DNA of 64,000 nt, taken from assembly GCA_002269645.1 (NCBI GenBank), contig NIVC01000110.1, forward strand, positions 434,001 through 498,000. Reading direction: 5' to 3'. This DNA is from Macrostomum lignano (taxonomy: Eukaryota). Positions 1 to 28,146 of the stretch are shown here, piece by piece. Position 1 is the first letter of the stretch; every line of letters begins with the position of its first letter. The position numbers and the translations under genes were made by a program. The notes under the pieces were generated by a model. That model saw only the letters and a program-made list of their open reading frames with translations, ran no database searches and had not been told where the DNA came from.

Positions 1-196
1 GAAGCACCAAGGCTGGAGATTTAAACCGTATTACGCAATGAATTTGTGGTTCGTAACTTATCTGTACTCATTTGAGGGATTACCTGCCAGCCTTGGGAGG
101 CGGCAATATCTTATATCTTATAATAACTTATTGTGCAAAGTAACAGTTCATAACATGCAAAAAGCAACATTTTAACTTGTAACTTTCCGACCGCAG

Positions 197-6120
<5,924 letters not shown>

Positions 6121-6899
6121 ATAACCGCCAAAAGTTGAACAGTTTTAAACAAACTACATGTATGCTATATTTAAAACAAAAACTCGGAAAAATGAATACA
6201 AAAAAAGTTGAGTTTATTCTTTTCTGTCGACGTTTTCCAACATCGAACTTTGAATGCCATTTTGTTGTGACCATATATAATAATTTTTTTTTCTACCCGA
6301 TATCGTAAGTTTTGTTTTAATATTCTTAGTAAATCTTAGCACCCGTTCACGAGTCAACAGATTAAACCAGAAAATTCTAATTTTCGTCGCTTATTAATGT
6401 TTAAAATTCAGCTCAGCTTAAACACAATAAGGGTATTTTCGATGATTAATCATTTAATCTTGGTTGTAGTTTTTCGATTTAAAAATACACTTTGTTATAC
6501 TGTCTTAAATCAGTTTTTTTAATCTTAGTTGCGTGTGCTCACTCTGACATCTTACTGCAGTTTTGTCAGTTCATTTTGTTTCGTCTTGATGACAGAACGC
6601 AGTTTCGAATATGGAGCGAAACTCAGTCTGGCTTTCTGTCCTGAGCTAATTGTCTGTCTGTTGGGTCTCGGGAGCTGCTGATGTGAGCAGAGCTATTTTG
6701 TTTACTCAATTTTATTGCTTAAGCTTTAAGGGGTTTCAGTCCACTCGGAGCGTAAACAGTCTACTTGAGTAGTTGCTTTCAGTGTGCCTTGCTGGCTCTG
6801 CCGAAGTTAACACACGTGCTGAGAACTGAAAAACTGTGCTTTAGGTGTGTGAAATTGAGTAATTATAAATAGTCTGAGGGTCTGGGACTGCACAGAGGC

Positions 6900-7325
6900 A
6901 CAGCAACTGAGGATCTGGGAGGCTGGCCCAGCAACTAAGGATCTGGGAGGCTGGCCCAGCAACTGAGCATCTCGGAGGCTGGCTCAGCAACTGAGGATCT
7001 GGGAGGCTGGCCCAGCAACTGAGGATCTGGGAGGCTGTGGCCCAGCAACTGAGGATCTGGGAGGCTGGTCCAGCAACTGAGGATCTGGGAGGCTGGCTCA
7101 GCAACTGAGGATCTGGGAGGCTGGCCCAGCAACTAAAGAACCTGGAAGGCTGGCCCAGCAACCGAGGATCTGGAAGGCTGGCTCAGCAACTGATGATCTG
7201 GGAGGCTGGTCCAGCAACTGAGGATCTGGAAGGCTGGCTCAGCAACTGAGGATCTGGGAGGCTGGCCCAGGAACTAAAGAACCTGGAAGGCTGGCCCAGC
7301 AACTGAGGATCTGATGGGTGGCCCA
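6900..7325. repeat. 28-bp minisatellite (gaggatctgggaggctggcccagcaact)
   Basis: Direct reading. Confidence 0.95.
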
Positions 7326-7722
7326 GCAACATAGGTCCCGGGTCCGGAAATCTTGGTATCCCGTAAGGGACAGAAAGCACTGGAATAACAACCTAGCTGC
7401 TTCCTGAAGGTAAAACAGCAGCTCTGTGGGGGCGTGATAAATTATTCAGAATAAGAAAATAACTCTGGTTTGACTGCTTTTCAGCCTGATTTCTACTTTG
7501 CTAAGTTTCCATCCACAGCATCCCCTAGCCAGGAGCTTCAGAGTGAGTTTCGGATGAATATTTCTTTGATGGCAGGATATAATGTTCAGCAGGAACAGAT
7601 TTCCTGTTCCCTATTAATTAGTTTTCGAATCTACTCGAAACGAAATGAAACTACAGAGGAAGCTCTTTGTTCTACATTGGAGCTGACTGTATTTTTCGTT
7701 AATTATCAAACGTAACTACGAG

Positions 7723-8415
7723 TCACAGCTTCTTGGCGTACAGCGCCACATTCTCGAGGTCTTCAGCTTGCAGCTTCTCAAACGGCCGGCTGCCATCAAC
7801 CGGATCAACAAAGTCAGGAATGTGCAGCACATTGAGTCTGTCGAATTTCAGACCGTCGTAGATTCGTTCTGAGTACTTGTTGCCCGTGATGACAGAGGTC
7901 ACCTGCAACTGCCAGTCCTTGGCGACCTCCAGGGAGAACTGCACCAGTCTCTTGGCGATGCCGCGGCCCGCGTGACTGTCGCTCACCACGAGGAATTTGA
8001 AGGCCATCACGGTGTCGGCGTTGTACCGCTGGAACAGGTCGATGTCACCAGTGAGCTGGTCGAACATCCGGAAGATGATGCTGTACTTCGGATATTTGGC
8101 CGCCTGTTCCGGGTCAGCCACTAGCGGATGCTTCTGGTTGCCGTCTTCGCGACGCTCGATGGAGGACAGCCTCGCGCCGATGACCTGTCCAGTGGCCGGG
8201 TCCTCCACCAGCAGCGACACGCCCTCATCCAGGATGTTCAGTACATCCAGGCGATCAAACTCAACGTCAGCTGGGAAGTCCATGCCTAGGAAGGGGCAGA
8301 GGGCGGTTCTCGGGTGAAACTGAGTGGCCATCAGTTTCCAGACCGGCTCGGCGTCAGCTGGAGTGGCAGTTCGATACACCAGACCGTCCGCTTGGCGGTT
8401 GAAGATCTTCTTCAT
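7723..8415 (-). CDS. GNAT-family N-acetyltransferase, insect arylalkylamine/dopamine N-acetyltransferase-like (paralog 1), single coding exon, 230 aa
   Basis: ORF with N-terminal YRTATPAD, acetyl-CoA motif A (FLVVSDSHAGRGIAKRL), and C-terminal NKYSERIYDGLKFD; similar along its length to the adjacent paralog. Confidence 0.85.
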   Translation of the reverse strand: MKKIFNRQADGLVYRTATPADAEPVWKLMATQFHPRTALCPFLGMDFPADVEFDRLDVLNILDEGVSLLVEDPATGQVIGARLSSIERREDGNQKHPLVADPEQAAKYPKYSIIFRMFDQLTGDIDLFQRYNADTVMAFKFLVVSDSHAGRGIAKRLVQFSLEVAKDWQLQVTSVITGNKYSERIYDGLKFDRLNVLHIPDFVDPVDGSRPFEKLQAEDLENVALYAKKL

Positions 8416-9134
8416 CTGGTATTAGTGTCTTATTAATAAATGTCTTTCTTAGAAACTACAGAAGTTAATATCGAGGCAAATCAAATGGAGGTTTTATTCT
8501 AAGGGTGAAGCGGGTGAGGGAGGCAGATTAGATTTGCAATGGGGTGGTTGGGCAGTGGGCAGTGCAACCAGTGTGTGGCAGGGGGGAGCTGTCAGACCTG
8601 AGAGGCTCGAGAGGAGAGTGCGCGGAGCAGAGAGAGAGAGCGCTACGTGTAGATTGGACTTGGGGTGTGGGAGACGGGAAAGGAAAGAGAGGAATTCATA
8701 CTCTAACGTACCTTTCCTGCCCTTCCCCAAGGGGTTGAGGCAACCAGAACGAACGGAGCGCGCTGAACTGACTGACACAGTGTCCGCCTGAATCTACCGG
8801 TATAGCATTCTCCACTGCGAGCCAGAGATAATATCAAAGTACGAATGACCTCAAGATTAATGGCTTAAATTCTTCAAAATCTTGCATACAACTACAAGCA
8901 ACTGCCACATACGAGAGGACATTTACAAAATTCTCTTCAACCTACTCGACACGAGACTTCCGAGCATTTTAACAGAGCGAATTTATTTGATGCAGGCACA
9001 GATTCTGTGCCACAGAATGCAGACTCCAACCCCAGCCCGACACCAAAAAGCTTTTCAAACGCCTTTGCTACCAAATATGTGTGCCAATATGTGTCCTAAT
9101 CGGTGTAATATCTGTGTCTAAAAGATGAAATCTG

Positions 9135-9765
9135 TCTGACAGGTGATACCTGTGTATCAAGATGAAATATATGCATCTTAACATGTGATACATGCGTCTT
9201 AACATGTGATACATGCGTCTTAACATGTGATACCTGTGTCTTAACATGAGATACCTGTGTTTTAACATGAGATACCTGTGTCTTAACATGTAATACCTGT
9301 GTCTTAACATGTGATACCTGTGTCTTAACATGAGATACCTGTGTTTTAACATGTAATACCTGTGTCTTAACATGTAATACCTGTGTCTTAACATGAGATA
9401 CCTGTGTCTTAACATGTGATACCTGTGTTTTAACATGAGATACCTGTGTCTTAACATGTGATACCTGTGTCTTAACATGAGATACCTGTGTTTTAACATG
9501 AGATACCTGTGTCTTAACATGTAATACCTGTGTCTTAACATGTGATACCTGTGTCTTAACATGAGATACCTGTGTTTTAACATGAGATACCTGTGTCTTA
9601 ACATGTAATACCTGTGTCTTAACATGAGATACCTGTGTCTTAACATGTGATACCTGTGTCTTAACATGAGATACCTGTGTTTTAACATGAGATACCTGTG
9701 TCTTAACATGTGATACCTGTGTCTTAACATACGTGATACCTGTGTCCAACAGGTGATACCTGTAA
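9135..9765. repeat. 21-bp minisatellite (catgtgatacctgtgtcttaa)
   Basis: Direct reading. Confidence 0.96.
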
Positions 9766-9864
9766 GAGGAAATCACTTCAGATTTCAGTTACTTGTTTAA
9801 AAAGCATCTTTTTGACATTAAGAAACATCATATACTACTTATAGAAACCAGTAAAGTTAATGCG

Positions 9865-10965
9865 CTAATCGATAAAATTAATTCTCCTAGCATAGAGCAC
9901 AGCATCTCTCAGCTCAGCTTCATCAATTAAAGCGAACGGCCTGCCTCCCGTCACCGGGTCAACGAACTCGCTGAGTCTCAGCGTGCTCAACAGATCGAAG
10001 CCCATCGACGAGTAGATTCGCTCCGAGTATCGACTGGCGGTGCAAGTGGTTGCCAGGGGGATCGCTATTCTCGCGGCCAGCTCAAGCGACAGCTCAACCA
10101 GCCTCTTGCCGATGCCTCTCCGCGAATGCGACTCGGCGACCACGAGGAATTTGAAGGAAATCGCTCGATCAACTTTGTACAGCTTGGCCAGATCGACACT
10201 GCAGGACAGATGGTCGAACATCCGGTACACAGCGCTGCACTTTGAATAGGCGGCCGCCAGATTTGAGTCTGTCAGCAGGGGATGACGCGACTGACACTGC
10301 TCTGTCAGCTGCTCCACCGTTGTTGGTCGAGCAGCGACCAGTTTTCTGAACCAGTTTAGTTGAAGGTTGAAGCTGAACAACTGAGTTTACAAGAACACCT
10401 GATGCTACAAACACTTCAGGCTACAAACACCTGAGGCTACAAACACCTGAGGCTACAAACACCTGAGGCTACAAACACCTGAGGCTACAAACACCTGAGG
10501 CTACAAACACCTGAGGCTACAAACACCTGAGGCTACAAACACCTGAGGCTACAAACACCTGAGGCTACAAACACCTGAGGCTACAAACACCTGAGGCTAC
10601 AAACACCTGAGGCTACAAACACCTGAGGCTACAAACACCTGAGGCTACAAACACCTGAGGCTACACACCTGAAGCTGAGGTGTCCACAGACCTGAAAATA
10701 TTGATAGTAAAGTTAACCAAAGAAGTTGTCTGATGTCTCACCCTGAAGCAGAGTCCTCGACAACCAGGGACACCCCATGGCGGATAATTGCCGGCAGCAG
10801 GGTGTGCAGAATCTCCACATCCTGCGGTATTCGCATTCTCAAACAGCAGCACAGCTCAGTTCGGGGGTAAAACTCGGCCACCATGAGCTGCCAGACAGCC
10901 TCCGTGTCGGCCATTGTGGCATTTCGATACACGAGGCCGTTCTCTTCAACTCGAACGACAGACAT
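9865..10965 (-). CDS. GNAT-family AANAT-like N-acetyltransferase (paralog 2), 2 exons, 234 aa
   Basis: Exons 10965-10742 and 10345-9865 join in phase 2 (TCA GG|A AAA CTG = SGKLVAAR), colinear with paralog 1 (TGQVIGAR). Motif A is FLVVAESHSRRGIGKRL. Donor GTGAGA, acceptor ggttcAG. Confidence 0.87.
10398..10680. repeat. 16-bp minisatellite (gctacaaacacctgag) inside the AANAT paralog-2 intron
   Basis: Direct reading, about 17 copies. Confidence 0.96.
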
Positions 10966-11284
10966 TTTTTTGTCAAAGCCTGCGAAATCTTTAAAGAAAT
11001 TCTACGTTTGTACAGGTGATTATTGAAGAGTTTAGAAGCTCTATTTAAGCTAGCTACCTTATCGTATCTTGATTGGGTGGCGCACAAACTGGGTTAAAGT
11101 TGTAAAACCTTGCGTTAGATTGTATCTGATAGCTGGATTTAACCTTTCCAATGCAGATCTTGCCACTGCGAGTGGCGCCAAGGCCATTTTATGTTTAACT
11201 TTGAACAGGTTGTTCGACTGTTTAGAGAACTTGTTTTGCGAGCTGTTGTGTCAGTTTATTTAATGAGTTTGTCATTTGATTGGC

Positions 11285-12215
11285 ACACAGGTGACACTGC
11301 TGTCTAACAGGTTGCACTCCTGTATAACAGGTGACACTTAGACACAGGTGACACTGCTGTCTAACACACAGGTGACACTGCTTTCTAACACACAGGTGAC
11401 ACTGCTGTCTAACACACAGATGACACTGCTGTCTAACAGGTGGCACTTCTGTCTAACAGGTGACACTGCTGTCTAACAGGGGACACTACTGTCTCACAGG
11501 TGACACTACTGTCTAACAGGTGACACTGCTGTCTAACACACAGGTGACACTGCTGTCTAACACACAGGTGACACTCCTGTCTAACACACAGGTGACACTG
11601 CTGTCTAACACACAGGTGACACTGCTTTCTAACACACAGGTGACACTGCTGTCTAACACACAGATGACACTGCTGTCTAACAGGTGGCACTTCTGTCTAA
11701 CAGGTGACACTGCTGTCTAACAGGGGACACTACTGTCTCACAGGTGACACTGCTGTCTAACACACAGGTGACACTGCTGTCTAACACACAGGTGACACTG
11801 CTGTCTAACACACAGGTGACACTGCTGTCTAACACACAGGTGACACTGCTGTCTAACAGATGACACTGCTGTCTAACAGGTGGCACTTCTGTCTAACAGG
11901 TGACACTGCTGTCTAACAGATGACACTGCTGTCTAACAGGTGGCACTTCTGTCTAACAGGTGACACTACTGTCTCACAGGTGACACTACTGTCTAACAGG
12001 TGGCACTTCTGTCTAACAGGTGACACTGCTGTCTAACAGATGACACTGCTGTCTAACAGGTGGCACTTCTGTCTAACAGGTGACACTACTGTCTCACAGG
12101 TGACACTACTGTCTAACAGGTGACACTGCTGTCTCACAGGTGACACTACTGTCTAACAGGTGACACTGCTGTCTAACAGGTGACACTGCTGTCTAACAGG
12201 TGACACTGCTGTCTG
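11285..12215. repeat. 20-24-bp minisatellite (ggtgacactgctgtctaaca[caca])
   Basis: Direct reading. Confidence 0.95.
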
Positions 12216-12819
12216 AAGTACTCGTAGCAAATCAGCAGTCGCTACTGGAGTGTCATCTAAATTCTCTATTCTAGATCACATCACAATATTTTCAAATGAA
12301 AATATGCTTTCTAGCTACTATCAGTAGAACTAAACGCAAATGTAACAAAAATATATTCTATCCGCGCTCGTAATTGTGAATCATCAGTTAAAAAGTTACC
12401 CGTCAGAAATAATTAGTTCGCCCATAGAAATTCCAACGAGGGTTTCGGACACCCGTCTAAACTAATGCGCGGCGTATTTTGCTGTCGTGGCGTACTTTTA
12501 AAATATTCGGTTGACCAAAACAGACCTGATGTAGATTGCTAGAACATTTCGCAGACTCTGTTATCAATCTTGTTATAGAGAATTTGGTAGCAGCATTTAT
12601 GAAGGAATTTCCTTTCATTGCTACTGTCTGTACAATACTAATGCTTTATTAGTTACAAGCAGAGCTTTTTTCTAGTAGCCATCTGAGGCATAATTGCATT
12701 GGCTCTGTGCAGTGCAATGTCCTGGCTACTGGCCGCAGCTGACTCTGACACCTTTGACTTTGGTACCTGCACTTCACTCTCTTCACTCTTCACCCTTTTC
12801 ACTCGTCCTGTCCTTACTG

Positions 12820-13550
<731 letters not shown>

Positions 13551-13714
13551 TGCCATCCTCTGTATCCTTTTGCACATCCCCCACTTCATCTCACCATAAG
13601 AACTCAATCATTCCGGTACGCCTAATACTCCCTAACATTCAACAATTCTCAGTACAATATTCAACACTAAAATGTTAAAACCTTAGTTCCTTTAAAACCT
13701 TAAAACCTAAAATG

Positions 13715-14043
13715 TTCTACACTTTAAGGTAGTCTAGGCCCAATTGTACAGTTTTAGCCACCCCCCGCTTTTCTCATAGTCTCGGACTCGTTTTAATGTA
13801 CTGACCATGCGCACTGTTTTAAGTGCTTGAGCACATCAATTTATCGATCGTCTCTCCCTGGCGATATCGCCTTTATATTTTGACGGCAATTCGCGCCAAA
13901 TAAACTTCACTCGCTTACAGCCCTGACGAAGAAATTTAATTTCGAAATATCGGCTACTCAATTTAAATTGACTTTTTTCAGTCCTTTCTGACTTTCTACC
14001 GTGTCAGTGCCCGAGATTGGAGGCGCCCTCCTCTCTCTCTCTC

Positions 14044-14085
<42 letters not shown>

Positions 14086-14241
14086 CTTGCCATCCTCTGT
14101 ATCCTTTTGCACATCCCCCACTTCATCTCACCATAAGAACTCAATCATTCCGGTACGCCTAATACTCCCTAACCTTCAACAATTCTCAGTACAATATTCA
14201 ACACTAAAATGTGTACAGTTTAACTCAGCAAAAGCATAATC
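13715..14241 (+). mobile_element. Hammerhead-bearing repeat unit, copy 1 (Penelope pLTR / retrozyme-like)
   Basis: Near-identical to 14601-15366 apart from CT-tract length; contains a hammerhead core at 13919-13955. Confidence 0.7.
13919..13955 (+). ncRNA. Minimal type I hammerhead ribozyme
   Basis: AGCC-CUGACGA-A-GAAAU(uua)AUUUC-GAAA-UA-UC^GGCU: stem I AGCC/GGCU, conserved core, 5-bp stem II, helix III reduced to the palindrome AUAU, cleavage triplet AUC (after 13951). Confidence 0.78.
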
Positions 14242-14600
14242 TGCGCTGGGTCAGACACCCTGGTTGCCAAGGTGAGGGACGGCGTGGCACAGCACTGTGA
14301 TGCCCCTGTACTGCCGGCCTTCACTAAAGGGAGGAGCCTTCGGGATCTACTCTGCCACAGCCAGCTCGAACCAGCTTCTGTCAATTGAGATCAGCTGTAC
14401 AAAGGCTCTTTTACTGCTATTTTTCCCCTCTGTGATTTTTTCATTGACTTTATTTTGATTTATTCAGATTATTTATTTTCTGCTTTTTATTCATTTTTCT
14501 GACACTGTGTACGGTGCACCTGCATTTTTGCTCTGAGCATTTAATAATAATTTTTATTTACTTTACCTTTTTATTTCGCCATTTATTTTTACAATTTTTA

Positions 14601-14991
14601 TTCTACACTTAAAGGTCGTCTAGGCCCAATTGTACAGTTTTAGCCACCCCCCGCTTTTCTCATAGTCTCGGACTCGTTTTAATGTACTGACCATGCGTAC
14701 TGTTTTAAGTGCTTGAGCACATCAATTTATCGATCGTCTCTCCCTGGCGATATCGCCTTTATATATTGACGGCAATTCGCGCCAAATAAACTTCACTCGC
14801 TTGCAGCCCTGACGAAGAAATTTAATTTCGAAATATCGGCTACTCAATTTAAATTGACTTTTTTCAGTCCTTTCTGACTTTCTACCGTGTCAGTGCCCGT
14901 GATTGGAGGCGCCCTCCTCTCTCTCTCTCTCTCTCTCCCTCTCCCTCCCTCCCTCTCTCCCTCTCTCTCTCTCCCTCTCTCCCTCTCTCCC

Positions 14992-15041
<50 letters not shown>

Positions 15042-15119
15042 TCTCTCTCTCCCTCTCTCCCTCTCTCCCTCTCTCTCTCTCCCTCTCTCTCTCTCCTCTC
15101 TCTCTCTCTCCCTCTCTCC

Positions 15120-15210
<91 letters not shown>

Positions 15211-15366
15211 CTTGCCATCCTCTGTATCCTTTTGCACATCCCCCACTTCATCTCACCATAAGAACTCAATCATTCCGGTACGCCTAATACTCCCTAACCT
15301 TCAACAATTCTCAGTACAATATTCAACACTAAAATGTGTACAGTTTAACTCAGCAAAAGCATAATC
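14601..15366 (+). mobile_element. Hammerhead-bearing repeat unit, copy 2 (886 bp downstream of copy 1)
   Basis: Same flanks as 13715-14241, with a CT tract of about 295 bp instead of about 60 bp. Confidence 0.7.
14805..14841 (+). ncRNA. Minimal type I hammerhead ribozyme (second copy)
   Basis: Identical core to 13919-13955; predicted cleavage after C14837. Confidence 0.78.
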
Positions 15367-16194
15367 CCCTCATAGTTACCAATCTAATTTGCACCACGCA
15401 AATAAAAAGCAACTGAAAGAGCAGTGCTTGACAGTTGTAATTAAAAACACTTAATTTACAGTTCCAGTGTTCATTCCGCGATTTGTATAGCCATTTATAA
15501 AATAGGTGCTCAGTGTCTGAGGATCTGGACACTGAGGCTGACACAAACAGAGAACCCATTCACAAGCTCACAGGAATTTCCAAAAATATAACACAGTAAA
15601 TAACCTACTCAAAGCATATTGCCTGAGCCTTAAAATTTACAGTCTAAAAATATTATTGAACAGTGACTATAAAAACAGCTCAGTTTAATGTCCCAAAAAA
15701 ATGAATATTTTCAGGGATGCTGCGGGCACCCTGGCTGGCTGAGTTCGCCGCTGAGCTGATCTGCACCTGAAGCAGATTTGATTGTTTCGGCTCCGACCTC
15801 AGAAACAGCTGTCCTGGATTTGCAGGTTTTCGCACCTTTATGGAGGCAATAAAATCTCTTCTTCTAGAAGAGGAACAAGGGAAGAAGGAAGTAGAACACG
15901 TGCTTAGACTGTTAATTTTCCAAGGCTTCCGCAGTCAGTTCTGCGGACTGCGGATTATATTTTTCATTAGGACAAGAATTCGCGTGGCAACCGTGGCAGT
16001 TCCAGGTGCTGAAAAGGTGCAAAAGTGCGACAAAATGGAACAGAAAAGTCTCGGCGACAGTTGAACTTTTTGCGATTTTTCAGTTTTCTAGGTTGCGACG
16101 TGCACTGGGATTTGCTTTGGAGGAAATTATAGGACTTAGAGAGGAAGACTGAAAAGCAGATATGGAGGGGATAGAGAGTTGGATAGAGAGGCAG

Positions 16195-16897
16195 GATCGA
16201 GAGGGAGATAGAGAGGGAGATCGAGAGGGAGATAGAGAGGGAGATAGAGAGGGAGATCGAGAGGGAGATAGAGAGGGAGATAGAGAGGGAGATCGAGAGG
16301 GAGATCGAGAGGGAGATAGAGAGGGAGATCGAGAGGGAGATCGAGAGGGAGATAGAGAGGGAGATAGAGAGGGAGATCGAGAGGGAGATAGAGAGGGAGA
16401 TAGAGAGGGAGATAGAGAGGGAGATAGAGAGTGAGATAGAGAGGGAGATAGAGAGGAAGATAGAGAGGGAGATAGAGAGGGAGATAGAGAGGGAGATAGA
16501 GAGGGAGATCGAGAGGGAGATAGAGAGGGAGATAGAGAGGGAGATCGAGAGAGAGATAGAGAGGGAGATAGAGAGGGAGATAGAGAGGGAGATAGAGAGG
16601 GATATAGAGAGGGAGATCGAGAGGGAGATAGAGAGGGAGATAGAGAAGGAGATAGAGAGGGAGATAGAGAGGGAGATAGAGAGGGAGATAGAGAAGGAGA
16701 TAGAGAGGGAGATCGAGAGGGAGATAGAGAGGGAGATAGAGAAGGAGATAGAGAGGGAGATAGAGAGGGAGATAGAGAGTGAGATAGAGAGGGAGATAGA
16801 GAGGGAGATAGAGAGGGAGATAGAGAGGGAGATAGAGAGGGAGATAGAGAGGGAGATAGAGAGGGAGATAGAGAGGGAGATCGAGAGGGAGATAGAG
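16195..16897. repeat. 12-bp purine-rich satellite (gagagggagata)n
   Basis: Direct reading. Confidence 0.97.
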
Positions 16898-17077
16898 AAG
16901 TAGACAGGCCAGAAGACACAGAAGCATTCAGAGAACAACGACAAGACTAAACAGAGAGAGAATTTTGTCAATCGATATTGCACAGCAACTCAACAAGCCA
17001 TTCGCTCATTGGTTGGCCAGCCAGTCCAGCTGACCAATAGTGAGAGCTGGGGTCAACTGACCACCCTTCCCTTACAG

Positions 17078-25074
<7,997 letters not shown>

Positions 25075-25361
25075 GCCCGATCCGGCTCAGAACAAAGACC
25101 TAACAGCTACTACTGATCGAGTTGCGGAAGTGAACGAAGGAGATGCTGCCAACTGTGACAGAGGAGCGAACGGCGCAGAGTTAAGTCACATGGGCAGCGA
25201 TTGAGAAGCTTGAGAGAATGACATGAAATTGAGAGATGGACCAGGTTTAAAGATGAGTCCAATCCTAGAGATCTGTCCTGTCTGCACCTTTTCTATCCAC
25301 TTTTATCATTCGATTTAGCCTTTGAAAAGGTGTTATTGTCTTCCGCCTGCCTTGTCTGTCA

Positions 25362-26371
<1,010 letters not shown>

Positions 26372-27179
26372 GTAGCATGCAGGTACATGTACTTTCACTA
26401 CCCAATGAAATCATCATAGACTTTGCATACATACGCTCGTACAAGCATGTTTAAACCTTGTAGCTGTAGCTGTAGCTGGTGTAGCTGTAGCTTTGTTTTG
26501 AACTAAAAATTTAGAAATCGCATGCCTACTAAAAATACTGTTAGCGAGTCGATCACAACTCACAAAACAGCCACTGGAGAAGCAAAAGCTACACTGAATT
26601 TATTGCTAATACCTGAAATTTATTTGTCATTGAATCAAACATTTGTTTTTAATTGTTACTAAAATTGTAAATAGCTCTTTCGGTAGGTCAATGCAAATAA
26701 ACAAAATAAAAAAACTACTTTTATTTAAATCAGTAGTTAATACAATACTCATAAAAATATATTCATTTTTAATATTTGCCTTTTATTACAAGCTACTACA
26801 GTAGCTTTAAATTCGATTGGAAATTTCTATGAAATTTATTGAAAAAAAATTTCAGATTTCGATTCACGCACTGTTTGTTTTACTGCTCTAACCGAATAGA
26901 CCCGAGAAGGCAGCATAGTTTTCTGAAATTGGAATCGGGTTAGATAACAATAGGGTTTAAAAATTGTGCTTTTTGTCCAGAATCGTGAAATTTGACTGTG
27001 AAATTTTCAAATTTGAATCGTAGATAGTTTGGAGTCAGATGTGTATCGGCAGGGAAGCCTCTATGGTTGCTGCCCCTGGTATTGGTCATAGAGTTTTGAT
27101 CATGACTGTAATCAGTTTTGGTCAATATGAACAGTTTGGATCATATATAGAGCTTGCGTCGTAGACAATTTAGGGCCAA

Positions 27180-27650
27180 AGATAGAGTTTGGGTCATAAA
27201 CAGGTTCTCGGTCATAAAAAGACTTCGGGTCATGAACAGGTTTTAGGTCATCAGACAGTTTGGGTCATTGACAGAGTTTGGGTCATAGACAGGTTTGGGT
27301 CATAGACAGGTTTGGGTTCATAGACACAATTTTGGTCATTGACAGAGTTTGGGTCATAGACAGGTTTGGGTCATAGACAGGTTTGGGTCATAGACAGGTT
27401 TGGGTTCATAGACACAATTTTGGTCATTGACAGAGTTTGGGTCATAGACAGGTTTGGGTCATAGACAGGTTTGGGTTCATAGACACAATTTTGGTCATTG
27501 ACAGAGTTTGGGTCATAGACAGGTTTGGGTCATAGACAGGTTTGGGTTCATAGACACAATTTTGGCCATTGACAGAGCTTGGGTCATTGACAGAGTTTGG
27601 GTTCGTAGACACAATTTTGGTCATTGACAGAGTTTGGGTCAAAGACAGGT
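27180..27650. repeat. 17-bp minisatellite (gggtcatagacaggttt) with higher-order period
   Basis: Direct reading. Confidence 0.92.
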
Positions 27651-28146
27651 CACTAATCGTCAAAAATGCTGATCACAAGCAGCTTAGACCAACTTCAGAA
27701 ATAAGACAACAAATTGACAGGCTAGGAAAAAATAGAGTAAGGCAATTAAATTCATTACTCAGATAAGTAGTATTTAGCAGTGCGTAAAAATGAAATCTAT
27801 TTGTATTTCAATAAGGTATATACCAGGTATTTGTTGCTCTTAAGAACAAAAAAATAGCAATTAATAATAAAACTACTTTAGAGTGAGAGGACAGCTGAAG
27901 AAAAGTTCTCTGGAAGACAGGAAAAAATAAGTTAGGAAGAAAGCTACTTGTAAAATATAGCTGTTTGTTTCGCAAAATAAATTTTTATTACTTTACTTTA
28001 GACGGCGCAGTTACTGTTAGTAGACAGTTCAACGTATCAATAGAATTATTTAGCCAGTCCTTTAGGCAAGTAAAAACGAAATGTTTCTTGGAAGAAAAAA
28101 GTTCAGAAAATTAAAAATAAACAAGAACAAAATGATTTTTGGCGAA

